Source: Paraspadella gotoi
Taxonomy: Eukaryota > Animalia > Chaetognatha
Reading direction: 5' to 3'
Length of the DNA stretch: 64,000 nt
Assembly (NCBI GenBank): GCA_051294375.1
Contig: CM119267.1
Span: forward strand, 3,778,759 to 3,842,758
The notes beneath the pieces were generated by a model, which saw nothing but the letters and a program-made list of their open reading frames with translations, was not told where the DNA came from and made no database searches. Positions 1 to 13,710 of this stretch are shown here, one piece after another. Every line of letters starts with the position of its first letter. Within the stretch, counting starts at the first letter, position 1. The translations under genes were made by a program, and so were the position numbers.

Positions 1-610
1 CTCTCTCTCCTTTTAATAAATCTTAGCCTGCTTTTTCTTTTTATATTTAATATCTTTCTTTTTTTCTGCAACGATTGATAATTGTCCAACGGTCCACCGC
101 CATATCCTTTCTTTCCCCAGTTTCCTTTCTACCTTCGGCGGCCGCTGCCAGCGGCTGCCGGCTGTTCAAACGCAGAACTCAAATTACCTCTCTCTCTCTT
201 TCTTCTCTCTTCTTTCTTTCTTTTCTTTCTTCTTCTTCTCTTCTTCTCTTTCTTTTCTTTCTTTTCTTTCTCTTTCTTTCCTTTTCTTTCTTTCTTTCTT
301 CTTTCTCTTTCTTTCTTTCTTTTCTGTCTCTCCCTTTCTTTCTATTTTTCTCTTCCCTTTTCCCTCCTTTTCCCCTCTTCCGTTGACTTTTTTTATTTTT
401 TTATTTTTCTCATTTTTTCTTAATTTTATTTTAATTTTCTACTCCTTTTCCTATTTTTCTTATTCCCTTCCCTTCCTCTTGTTTTTGAATTGCGACAAGA
501 CAATTCCATGCCAGCCAGTTGTTCTTTTTTTCTCATCTCTCTTTTTTTCTATCAAACGCCCCACTCCTCCACGTCCCAAAACAAACGACGCATCCTTCTC
601 TCGTCTCTCT

Positions 611-674
<64 letters not shown>

Positions 675-1870
675 CTCTTCTCCTTCTCTTTCCGTCCTCC
701 CCTCACCCCTCAGCTCGTGCGGCGTGTCTGAAAAGCCTCCCCCCCTCTGCTCTCTTCTCACAAGCGATTGGGGCGCAATTTTGTTTAACTGCAATCGTAA
801 AGGCGAACTATAGTTCGCGAGTCGGAAGCTTTTTACCCTTAAAAGTCCCGGGATCGGCGTCGGACCCCTCGGTCGGCGGGACCAGGTGGCGCTGTGCGTG
901 AGAGAAGGGGACGCTCGAGAGCAAAGAGAGACAGATCGCCCCTCTCGCTCTCTCTCCTCTCCGGCATAAGGTCCATAGCGTAAGACTGCAGCCTTTCTGA
1001 GCAAAGATTGCTTCTCCTTTAAAGGGGCAGTGGTTCTCGCCTCTGGATGGGTGACTTTTAAACATTTTTCTTTTTTGGACGTCTTCAGAGCAAAGAAAGA
1101 AATTGTGATTCAGATCTTAGATTTTTTTTTTCAGGACGTCTGACGTCTTTTGAATTGGGATCATGTCCAAAAAGGGTTTTCCTGCGGTGGATCGCTGCGA
1201 GAAAATGTGTTGCCCTCTTGTCTGTTTAGGTTTTATTCTGGATTTCATTATTTAGAAGAACATTGTCTCTAGTGTGTTATCTTCTCTCGGATCAAATAAT
1301 CAAATTAATGAAGCCTTCCGAGTCTAATGTTCAAATAAATGTAATATAAAAGTTGCGGCACCTCGATATACCGCGTGCTATTAACACTTAAGTATATGGT
1401 ATACGTGCGACCCTTTGCTTAGTACTCGTTAAGTCCGGCCTGCCATTAATATTTAAAACAAGAATATTATGCGTCGAGTGTTATCTTTTTTCCTAAAGTT
1501 TCTCCTGTGTGCCCCTGTCATTCTTATGATAAATTAATCCTTTTCATGTTTAGAACATTTTTAACTATATCTCTCTCTGAGAAAAAAAAACTACATTCCA
1601 TCAACCGGAGACAAGTATGTTAATAAATATATGTCCTAAATCTCGGTAAGTTCCTATAAAATAACCAGTTTTCTTTAAAAGGAAATTTCAAATTAGATTA
1701 ATATTTCTCACTAGAGTGTTAGTTTATCTGCGGGAAAAGAACCGAACAGATGAAGAGGAAAGGAGAAGAGAGAAGTGGGAAAAGGGGAGGAGGGAAGGGG
1801 AAAGAGGGGCAGGAGAAGAAGAGGGATAGAGGGGGAGAGGGAAATGCGAGATGGAGAGGGGAAAGTATTA
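1..1870 (+). repeat. Indel-rich duplicate of ~8890-10740
   Basis: Collinear unique blocks (caacgattgataat, accttcggcggccgctgcca, gattggggcgcaattttgtttaactgcaatcg, gcgtaagactgcagcctttctgagcaaag) with many 1-2 nt indels. Confidence 0.85.
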
Positions 1871-4800
1871 TGAGGCCCCGTGAGGCGCGCGGAAGTCTGC
1901 CTTAGGGCGCGTAGCAAGAGCTGGTGCAAAGGAGACTCGTCCTCATCCTCCTCCCAGGATTCGGGGCAGCGTTCACGAGGTTTATCAGTCGACCTTTCTC
2001 TCTCCCTCTCTCTTCTGCTCTCTCTCTCTTACTCTTCTACCTACTAGTTTCTTCCCCCTTTTCGTGTTTACTCTCATTATTTTGTCATATATTATTTTTC
2101 ATGCATTCTGGTAGATGATACCTATTTCAAGTTTTGGAGGTTTTTCAATCTTCCATCCGATTTGTTACTCTGGGTTACGCCCACCCTGTCAATATTCTCG
2201 CCAATATCCCTATCTCTTTCTTGTGCGCTCGTAAGGTATCATAGGTGCATAGAACGGAAGGCGGTGTAGGAATTTGAAGTACAACATAGCCTAAGAGGTA
2301 ATCTCTGAGGGTTGGACAGAAGAAGTCGACAGGCAAGTCTTTAGGGAAGCAGAAACGAGGAAGGTACACGAGAAAGAGAGTGGACCGAAGGGAAGGAAAG
2401 GGAGGCGAATAGCGTGAGCCGGAAGGGAAGGGTCCCAAACATTAGGCTCGGTAGGACTGTGTGAGAAAAAGATTAGCGATGACCAAGGAAAGTACTGTAG
2501 ATAGTAAAAATGTGTGCTCTCACAAAAGAATTAAGGAAAACAACTTTTTTTTGTACAATAATTGTGTGTCACTTATACTCTAGCTACCGAGGATCAGTCA
2601 TTCTCGACGACCTTTTATTCTTCTTGTCCACTACTCATTATTAGAAACACATGGGTTTTGTATATCATCTATTGTTCATCATATTATTATAAAGCGTTAA
2701 ACAAAATCAAAATAAATTTTAAAGCACGAAACGTTTTTCCTTCGGCCAAGCCACTCGCTCCTCAAAACTACCAAGATTATCGCGACAGAATTCCGACAAT
2801 AGCTCACACAAATTGTATACATCTCTTACACAAAGAAAGACTATAAGTGTGTCATTTCTCTAAACACTGGCTCTCCCGAGATTTTCTTTGGGTTGCACCA
2901 GAGTATTCTGACACCCCCTCCTAAAATATTAATTAATTAAAGTTACTATTAATTATTCAAAGGAAAATGAACAGCACACATGGATGGACGGAGCCAAAAA
3001 CTAATAATATCTACCAATTCACGTGGTCCCCTCAGGAGGAAAAGGTAAATTGCACCTAAATAATTTAGATTTAAAAACCAAGTTGCTCGGCCAGCTTATT
3101 CAAGTGCTAAATAGTCTCTAATAACCCACTACAAAATAAACGAGTAACGCGATAACATATAAAGGAATAAAAGGAACACCGATTTTCTTGTAAGTGATCT
3201 TCTTATTAAAAATACCAGTATTCAATTAACGTCTCAATTCAATTCACAGAACCAATAATTTTGATAACAAAATGGTTGATGATACCAAAACAGCTAAAAT
3301 TGTTTAAATATGTGTCTCTCGGCAAACCTCAGGACTAACTCTGACAGGTGATGTTGTGTAAGCCATTGTCTTCAGCTTGAGAAAACGTGATTTTCTGGAC
3401 AAATTGTGTTTAGGGACCTTCCTCGTCTTAATAGCTGGCTATAATAAACTCGAAATGGATTTAATTCCGTATCAAAACTTTTGCTACTTAATCTATCCAA
3501 ACTCAGATAGAATTTGATTGCAAAAGATAAGTTGTAAAATAGTGTTTCTCTCTTATCAAGGTTTGCAATTACACCAACCTATGATCTCCGATCAGTTACG
3601 AGGCTCGCAGGAGAACCCCATGGTTTTTCGCCAGCTCCTGTGCTGTGGTTGTCAATCGCGATAGCACCACCGGCATCTTATGGTGCTTCCTTGAAGCTTA
3701 AAAATTAATTTAACCGTTGATTTGAGGATATGATTGATAATATAGCTCCAATATCGAATAAAATATAAAATAAGCTGGTTATATTGAATGCGATCTAAAT
3801 AAATACTATCTAATAATACTTTAAGAAGAATAAGTGAGTGATTAATAATTATGACATATTTGCCATTACTGCTTTACTGCTCGTTGCTAAGAAACAATTG
3901 TGACGAATCGAGTCCCGCACATTCTAATGGCGGATAGTCACCAATTTCAACGTATCGGTGATTTAGAGTTCTTTAAGTATAGTGAATCATCACAAATAGG
4001 GAATGCATTTAATTCTTACCTGTAAATGGATTAGAACGTACTAACCAAATTAAAATTATTAATTAAAATTACATTAACTTTGCATTCCCATGATTGATTG
4101 CCTATAAGCCGTCACATAAAATGACGCTCTCCTCATCAATCGTGCCCATATAAATGTGACCCTTTTCTCATAAACCTGTGTTTTGACTTTCCCTTTTGCG
4201 TCACCAGGAGGTCAGCGCCGCCTGTATTAAGATGTGTCAGTCTCTCCTATGACACACACAATTTAAGTATTTTTTCAAACTTTTTTTTTAATCATGTCAA
4301 CACATCCATTCTGTCCCTCTTTCCAAAAAAAATATTAATGCATCAAAAAAATTCATCATTTAATTATTATCATCAATACAGTTACTATCACTTATACTTG
4401 ATTTGTTAATTTATTATTCCCTAACATTTGTTATTAACATTTATGGGAATTAACAAAATCAAATTTGGGAAAAGTTAACTGCATTTCTTATTTATTCCAT
4501 GATACAATTTAACTTTTTCTTTCATTTTACTAAAGAAACAAGACAACAACAATGCGTGCAAGGCTGTTGGGAAGAGGTATATACGACCCAAAGCAACGGT
4601 AGCGGTATTGCAGAATATAACAGGGAAAAAGCACAAAAACAGTTGCAAACAATATTTTTTATTTCAATCTTTATCATTTCATTAAATAGTATAATCCATA
4701 AAAATTTACCCCAAATATAATATTTTTTTTAACAGGTTTTGTTATTATTTTGAGAAGACATTGTTCTTAGATATAAATATACTAAAATTTTAAGATTTTA

Positions 4801-7800
4801 TAGAATTCCAAGAAGAGAAAAATTAATACCCAGTCAGTATGCAATACTCCATCTCATTTACTGAGGCACTATTCATACATTTTCACTAACGAAATTCCCA
4901 GCAGTTGGGTATAATTTTCTCATCTAAAAATCTTTTTTTTACTTTAGTTTAAACTATGATTAAACAGTGCATTATCATCTTTGAAACGATGCTATTTTGT
5001 ATTTTAAAATATTCTTGCATATAACTTTTAATGAACCGTGGAAAATATGTGATACACGATTAGCTGGATCCTGCTAGCCAGATTTCCCAATTCTGTATTA
5101 ATGGACGAGACGAATCGTGACATTCTGTTAGTTTCAAATCTGAGGGTGACAGTTCTATGCTCAGCGATACTCGTAACATGTACATTGTTCTAATTCCTGC
5201 GGCACAGAGGTTGCAACCTCTTTTACAGAAAAACCCTGTAGGTCCCATACACTTCTGTGAGCTGCTAGTAGTGCGCTATCTCGCCCGGCCGAGGGCGTAT
5301 CCCAGTCTGGCTCATTTATTGTCGGAGTGAGTTGATCCTGGAAACTGTGGGATTCTTACACTCAGAAAACCATTAGGAAAACAAACGGAAAAAATGTTGT
5401 TATTGTTCAAGTAAAATGAAAATTATTTTCAATTAATCACTCACTACCCCTTCCCACAAAAATTTCATTATTCGTCACTCCCAACCATGACGAAAACAAG
5501 TTTTCCTTGTCATACGGTAGAGAGAAATGGCAAGTTTTTAATCTTTTCCTTAACCAGTCTATTCATCCCTGGTGGGTTGAGTACTACTTCAGAGCAATCC
5601 AACATTTAAACGTTCTGGCCTCCGAAACCTTGTCCAATCATGTTCTCCCAGGATATATGGTAGCGTGCTATATGTCAATCAAGAACCAAGAAAATTTTGG
5701 AGAATCCCTTTTCTCACAAAAATTCTTTGTAAAAATATTCTTGTCGTTCCAGGAAAATGTGGAGTATAACTACTCGAAAATTTCGTAAATTACTCACTCT
5801 GTTCATCGTCTAAATAGGAGAAACTATGCCTTTAGCACTAGTAAGGTCTAACCGATCATCTCTATTCTTGTCTGGCCGTTAGTAGACGGGTCAGCATCCA
5901 TAACTTTCACTTAACAATGGAAGGGGATCTGCTTGTAACACTTTTATCTTGCTAAGAACGGGTCCGGCTCACCTCTAACTGCCGCCGGCTGGATCTCTCT
6001 CATAGAAGCGATATATGAGAGCTCTCAGTTTAATGATCTATCGCCCCCTGTAGAGAACATAAAACATTATTGGTAAAAAAAATCGCACTTTAGTTAAATC
6101 ACAAACAGCTAATCCTATGCAGCTATTTCACCTCTGCTGCGGGGTCATATAGACACACAGGTATAAGAGACGCATTTTGATTGGACCTTTCATTTGAGTC
6201 GAGTTTTACGTCTTAGCTTAGCCGCGCCGATTTTAACATCACCACCGGGCTTAGGTTAGATTCCGGGCATTACAACCCAGAGGTTGGTCCGCGCTCTGGA
6301 CCACTTCGCCCAGTGGTAGCTTCAGTCGTAGGACACCCCCAAAATAGATTTTGAATTTTTCCAAACTTATATCTACATTCTTAAGTTTTGCCAAGGGGGC
6401 CCTTATTTATTACCGCCTCAATAGTACCTATTCATCGATTTCCCTCTTGCTACTAGAGAAAAGACTTGAAAGTGGAACAACTTACCACCAATGAGAGTTA
6501 TATATGGACTAGGTTACAAAAAACAATTCCAAAGCAGTGGTCTATCACCAGACACCTCATCTCTGGGCAAACTACTGTAGCTGATCGCGCAGCATTTCAA
6601 AAACGAGAGGAATAAACGGACTTTGGTATATTCAAAATCTTAGAGAAGTGCCTTATGTAATGTAACAAGTTCATTCCTCTTGTTCATAAGACTAGTTTTC
6701 TTTTTGATGCATCCGTGAATAAATCATAATCATCACTTCAATAGGGGCACAAAAGTACCCCAGTCCTATATTATTACTTATTCTATTGTTAATTTTTATT
6801 CATCCAATAATGACTTAACTAATTATGTCCGTGCGGTTATAAGATCTCGCAAATTTCTGACTTTGAGAACAAGGACGAAGTTTTAGAAACAGGTTTTGTG
6901 TCTACTTGTGTTTTAGTAATTAAAATTTCGCAAAAAAGTGAATTATGACTGTCATACTTGGTTGTTACCAATTCAATAGTATAATCCTATGTATATCACT
7001 CACATATTGGATTAGATATTCTTATTACATTTTTAGCTATATATAACTAAAATTTAATTCATTTACATACTTAACATATTAAACGTTATTTATCTACATG
7101 GTGGTTAAGCAATTCTGATGATGTTTTTATAGTGTAACTCAGACTGTATAACAACTATGTTTAATATACAAGGTGTTACACTCTTTTTTTAATAGTTTGC
7201 CCTATCCTTACTAACCGTTTTAAATATCTCTAAAATGTCTAAGCGATATAATTGTAGTTTTATTAGTTAAACCTCAACTTTCACCCTTCTTCCAAAATCA
7301 CATTTATTCTTTAAAATTTTAGAATGATTAAAAATTACCTTTTTCCAATCAAAATTCATTTTAGACCCAAAATTATATGCAATCTCTCCTCTCCTNNNNN
7401 NNNNNNNNNNNNNNNNNNNNACTATTCGATGTTTAGCCCTTCGGGAATAAATTCAACTATCACATATTCGAAAAAAGAGATTGTAGCGACGCGGGTACGA
7501 AAATGTTTTATATTCGAAAAAAAAAAGTTTTAAAGAGTTAAAATGTATTAATAATAAAGGGGATTTATGATGATTTCACGATCGATATTAACAGACTGTT
7601 GCTCAAAGTTGTAAATATGAACCGACGTCTACTGCCAATGAAAAAATCAAATGATTAACGATATTCAAAGCCTATTCGTAGTGGGATTCTACAAGTGCAT
7701 TTTTTAAAAGAAATTTTGGCAATATATTTCGATTTTTTTTTACTCTGGACTGCCTTGGAAAATTGATTCGACAATTAAATTGAAATATTGGCAAAAAAGA

Positions 7801-8612
7801 AATAAAATACGCTAAAATACAGTTGTATATCCCGCTACAAATTGCATAACATATTACATACGATAATACTATACATCATTATCTCAATTACTCAATTTAC
7901 TAATTCGGTCTATGAGATGTCTCTTTAATTCTTAACTTGCTCTCAACCACCGATATTTTCACCAGAAAATTCTTACTCCCGTGAAAACCCGACGTCTTAT
8001 GCGACTAAATCAATTTGTTTTTCGATATTTCTCTCTCTCCTCCTACGCTAGGCCGGCGCGCGTGCCTCTTTATTCTCTTCTTACTCTCGAACTGCATCTA
8101 AACTTTTACGTCTTTCTTTCTGTCAGTCACTTTCATTTTTCCGACGACGCATATTATTTTCTTTCTTTCTTTCTTAATCGTCTTTTCTTATATTTTATCT
8201 TCTTTTATATTTATCTTATCTTATCTTTTTTTTTGTTTCTCTTTTCTTTTCTTTTCTTTTCTTTTTCTTTTCTTTTCTTTTCTTTTTCCTTTCCCTTCCT
8301 TTATTTTTCTTTTCTTTCCGGCCCTGTCTCTGTCCTGTCCCTGTCTTCCTCCTCATTCCTTTCTTATCTTCCTTTCCTTTCCTTTCTTTCCCCCTTTCCT
8401 TTCCTTTCCTTTCCTTTCCTTTCCTTTTTCCTTTTCCACTTCTTTCCTTTTTTCCTTTCCTCTTTCCTTTTCCTTTTTCCTTTCCTTTTCCTTTCCTCTC
8501 CTCTCCTTCCTCTCTGCTCTTCCTTTTTCTTCGACTGCGAAAAATGCTGCGTTATTACGTATTTTTACTTCTATTAGAATTTCTACACAAACTTTTTTTC
8601 GCTCCTCTCTCT

Positions 8613-8663
<51 letters not shown>

Positions 8664-8828
8664 AAATAAAAAGAAAAAAGGAGCGTTGGAATCGCAATCC
8701 GATTTTTCTCTCAAATGCAGAAACTCTCAGTATTTCTTAATATCCTCAGACTCTTTGGCAAAATCTTTTCCCTTTCAATACATTAATATTTCTTTTCTCT
8801 CTCTCTCCTCTCTCTCTTCTCTCTCTCT

Positions 8829-8895
<67 letters not shown>

Positions 8896-9498
8896 CTTCT
8901 CTCTTAATGAATATCTTAGCGCTTTTTTCTTTTATATTTAATATCTTTCTTTTTTTCTGCAACGATTGATAATTTGTCCAACGGGTCCACCGCCATATCC
9001 TTTCTTTCCCCAGTGTTTCCTTTCTCTACCTTCGGCGGCCGCTGCCAGCGCGCTGCCGGCTGTCAAACGCAGAATACTAATATTACCTTCTTTCTTCTCT
9101 TCTTCTTTCTTTCTTCTTTCTTTTTTTCTTTCTTCTCTTCTTTCTTTCTTTCTTTCTTTCTTTTCTTTCTTTCTTTTCTTTCTTTCTGTCTTTCTGGCTT
9201 GCTGTTCTTTCTTTTTCTGTTATCTTTCTTTCTATCTTTCTTTCCTTTTCCCTCTTTTTTCCCTCTCTTCTCCGTTGACTTTTTTATTTTTTTATTTTTC
9301 TCATTTTCTTCTAATTTTATTTTAATTTTCCTATCTCCTTTTTTTTATTTCTCCTCCTCTTGTTTTTGATCGACAAGACAATAGCCGAGCAGTGTGTTCT
9401 TTCTTTTTCTCATCTCTACTTTTTTCTTATCACGCCCCTCTCACCGTCACAGAACAAACAGACGCAATCTCTCCTCTCTCTCTCTGCTCTTCTCTCTT

Positions 9499-9553
<55 letters not shown>

Positions 9554-11379
9554 TCTCTGCCTTCCGTCTCCCTCACCCTCAGCTCGGGCGGCGTTGAAAA
9601 GCCCCCCCCTCTCTTCTCTTCAAAGCGATTGGGGCGCAATTTTGTTTAACTGCAATCGGTAAAGGCGAATATCAGTTCGCGAGTCGGAAGCTTTTTAGCC
9701 CTAAAAAGTCCCGGGAGGCGTCGGGCCCCTCGTGGGCGGCAGGGGGCGCGGCGGAGAGAAGGGAGGACGCGAGAGGAAAGCAGAAGAGATGCCCTCGCTT
9801 CTGGCATAAGTCACAAGCGTAAGACTGCAGCCTTTCTGAGCAAAGAGCTTTTCTTTATAAGGGGCGGGCGTGGGGTGGGCGTACTTTAAAACATTTCTTT
9901 TTTCGTTTCCAGAGAAGAAAATTGCGCAGTTTCAGATTTTTTTTTTCAGGCGTTGAGTCTTTTGAAGTGGGATCATCCAAAAAAGGTGTTTTCCTGCGGT
10001 GGGATCCGTAGTAGCGGGCAGAAAGTGTTTCCGTCTTTCTGTAGTTTAATGTTCAATATTGAGAACATGTCTTAGTGTGTTATCTCTCTAAAATAATCAA
10101 TTAATACAGTCTAATTAAAATAAATTAATATAAAGCGGCACATGTATACGGCATACATGTATTGTATACGGCACATTGTATACGTTAAGTGGCCTCATTA
10201 ATTTAAAAAAGAAATATTGAGTTACTTTTCCAAGTGTCTTTGCCGTCATTATGAAAATTATGCTCATGTTTAAAATTAACTATATCTCTTGAGAAAAAAA
10301 AACTACCATTCAATCAAGGAGAAGTTTGTTATAAAATTGTCTAAACTCGGAAGTTCTATAACCAATAACCAGTTTTAAAGGAATTTCGCAAATGATTAGT
10401 TTTCTNNNNNNNNNNNNNNNNNNNNNNNNNNNNNNNNNNNNNNNNNNNNNNNNNNNNNNNNNNNNNNNNNNNNNNNNNNNNNNNNNNNNNNNNNNNNNNN
10501 NNNNNNNNNNNNNNNNNNNNNNNNNNNNNNNNNNNNNNNNNAGTTTCCTCTTCGCTTAAAATTATTTCTAGGCGCGGCAGAAAGAAAAGATGAAGAGGAA
10601 AGGAGAGAAGAGAAGTGGGAAAAGGGGATGGAGGGGAATGGGAAGAGGGGTGAGGAATGTGAGAGGAAGAGGGGTAGAAGGGGGAGGAAAGGAATGAGGG
10701 AAGCGGGGAAAGAAAGGTGGGAGAGAGTTTTTTGTAATATTGACCCAAGTGTTACAAACGACATTAATTAGTAAATTACTTAACTTAAACTTTAAGTTAT
10801 AAAATTGGTACCGCCAATATAAAATTATCTATTCATTGAACAAACAAGCTATCTCGCCCCCGACTTTGGACAAGCTTTGGTGGTTTCAGGCCTCAATCGC
10901 TCTGACAAGATAATGACGTAGCAGGTCCCTACAAGCTCATATGTAATTTACTCCTTTACTCATTTAGGTAAAAGAGATGGAACTGTATTTAAAAAAAAAT
11001 GTGCTGAATTTGAAAATAACATTAAAAGAAGGAGATAGAAAAAGGAAACGGAGTTGTGGGGCGAATAAAGAGGAAGCGTTGTCAAGTCTACCGCCAAATC
11101 CAAATCTTTCATCATTTTTTTTTAAGACCGAAAAACATAAATCCTTCCGTCGACTCAACACCTCCGGGTTTCTCTTTTTTCTTCTTTTTCTTTTTTTCTT
11201 TTTTCATTTTAATCCTTTTTTATTTTATTTTTTTTTTCTTGAAGTTTATTTTTTTTCGCTTTTTTTCTTTATTTTCGATTCTGCGGTCGAAATAATTTTA
11301 ATTCTTTTTTGTTATATTTTCTATTCCATTTTTTGGTCTTATATATATATTTTGCAAAAGCTTAAATATCGAATAATGT

Positions 11380-11578
11380 TAGTTTTTAGGCTTCAAGATT
11401 AAGTTAGTCACTAACTTAGTGATTTTGGTTTACGGTTAGGATATATGGTTAGAAGATAAGGTTAGGAATTAGGGTTAGATATTGAGGTTAGTGTTAAGAA
11501 TTAGCTGAGGGATAGGGATTATTATGGTTAAGGGTTGGGTTAGAAATCGAAATGGGGAGCTTTCGGAAAATAACGCCC
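11380..11578. mobile_element. Partial MITE-like element with degenerate TTAGGG core
   Basis: Degenerate ttaggg tract ending in aatggggagctttcggaaaataacgccc (family TIR). Confidence 0.55.
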
Positions 11579-11640
11579 AATTTTCTTTTATGTTCTTCAT
11601 TTAATTTATTTTCATTTATGAAATGAGAAGGTCATCTACG

Positions 11641-11732
11641 GATTGGGCCTCACATTCCAGGCGTGGATTGGGCCTCATATTACGTCACCCGATTGAGCCT
11701 CACATTCCTTCACTCGATTGGGTCTCATAATC
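11641..11732 (+). repeat. 25-bp minisatellite, 4 copies (GATTGGGCCTCACATT core)
   Basis: Units start at 11641, 11666, 11691 and 11716. Confidence 0.85.
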
Positions 11733-12257
11733 CTCCTGTCCTTTTTCGCCTCTTTTTTTTTTCATCCTCAACCAATCAATTCCTTTTCCTTTCTAATTAC
11801 TCACTCTTTAACTTACCATTTCTTTAAACTGACCTTCCTCGTTTTCTTTCTCCGTCTTTAATCTCTGCTCACGATTTTCCTAATTTTCTCTTTCGTTTCT
11901 CGTTTCTTCTTTTTTCCAACTTTGAATTCCAACTTGTTTTTTTTTTTNNNNNNNNNNNNNNNNNNNNNNNNNNNNNNNNNNNNNNNNNNNNNNNNNNNNN
12001 NNNNNNNNNNNNNNNNNNNNNNNNNNNNNNNNNNNNNNNNNNNNNNNNNNNNNNNNNNNNNNNNNNNNNNNNNNNNNNNNNNNNNNNNNNNNNNNNNNNN
12101 NNNNNNNNNNNNNNNNNNNNNNNNNNNNNNNNNNNNNNNNNNNNNNNAGAGAGAGAGAGAATTTTCTCCTGCTTCTCCCCCCAATTGTCGTTTCAAATTC
12201 CTTTTGCAAGCTTTACGCTCTTTTGGCTTCTCTTCTTATCTGCTATCAACAACTTTC

Positions 12258-12567
12258 GGCAATATATTCTGAAAGCGCCCTATTTTTGTTCCTAATTATA
12301 TCCAACCCCAATCCCTAATACTAACATAATCCTTAATCCTAATCCAAATTTCTAATCTCTAATACTTAATCCTAACCCAAAGCCTCATCTCCTAACCCTT
12401 AACCTTAATCCCAAACCAAAAGTCTATCCAAAACTCTAACCAAATCCCTAACCTAATCCCTAATCTAATCCCCAACTCTAAGCCCTAGTCTGATCACTAT
12501 TTTTAACCTAAAAACAAACTTATTTTCTAAATTTAAGCTGAAATTGGGCGCTTTTGTAAAAGAAGGC
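12258..12567. mobile_element. MITE-like element: TIRs enclosing degenerate (CCCTAA)n
   Basis: 5' ggcaatatattctgaaagcgccc and 3' gggcgcttttgtaaaagaaggc flank a degenerate telomere-like core. Confidence 0.6.
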
Positions 12568-13379
12568 AGAACTCTCCTTCACCTTCTCACGTCTTTCCTT
12601 CTCTGCTTTTTTCTTCTTTCCTTCTCTCTTCTTTCCTTCTTTTCTTATCTCTTCTTTTCTTCTCTCTTCTCTCCTTCTCTCTTTTTTCCTTCTTTTCTTA
12701 TCTCTTCTTTCCTTCTTTCCTTCTTTACTTCTTTCCTTCTTTTCTTCTCTCTTCTTTTCTTCTCTCCTTCTTTCCTTCTTTTCTTATCTCTTCTTTTCTT
12801 CTCTCTTCTCTCCTTCTCTCTTTTTTCCTTCTTTTCTTATCTCTTCTTTCCTTCTTTCCTTGTCTCTTCTTTCCTTCTCTCCTTCTCTCTTCTTTCCATC
12901 TCGCCCTCAGTTCCTCCTTTTCTCCTCCATTGTCAAACGAAACTCAGAATTGATTTCCCGACTTCCTTTTTTCCTTTTTGCTCCCATTTTAAATTAAAAA
13001 ATAAAATACTCTTCGAGANNNNNNNNNNNNNNNNNNNNNNNNNCTCAGAATAAGCAGAATTTTTGAAATTTTCCCCCCGACATCTCCTTTTTTTCGTCTT
13101 ATTTTTTCTCCCATTTGTAATTAAAAAATAAAAATACTCTTCTCGAGATTATAACCCTACTCCAATTTCGCGATTTTTTTTGGTAGTTTTAGTATTTTAA
13201 ATTTATTTTAAATTGAATTTTAACTACAATCCGCATTTTCTATCTTAATTTGTCTCTATCTGCTGTATTCGTCTCTGAATCTGCTGCTCGAATTAAATTC
13301 TCGCTTCTCCGGTTTCTCTTCCTTTCGTTTGGTGGTTCCATTCTCTCTCTCTTCTCTCTCTCTTCTCTCTCTCTTCTCT

Positions 13380-13435
<56 letters not shown>

Positions 13436-13467
13436 CCTCTCTCTCTCTCTTCTCTTCTCTTCTCTCT

Positions 13468-13503
<36 letters not shown>

Positions 13504-13659
13504 CTCTCTCAATTCGTTGCCCTCCCCTCGCTCGATCCCATTCCATGTCCTTATTCGTGATGTGGTTTTCATTTGTTTCTATTCAAAAGAAGAAGCGGAA
13601 TGATGAAGAGAATACGCCCTTCCTGTGAGGACGATCATACTTGTTTTGCCCTTTCTCTA

Positions 13660-13710
<51 letters not shown>

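Noticed and set aside
11641-11732. CRISPR-like repeat/spacer appearance
   Set aside because: Period only 25 bp, linkers under 10 nt and related to each other, eukaryotic context, no cas genes.
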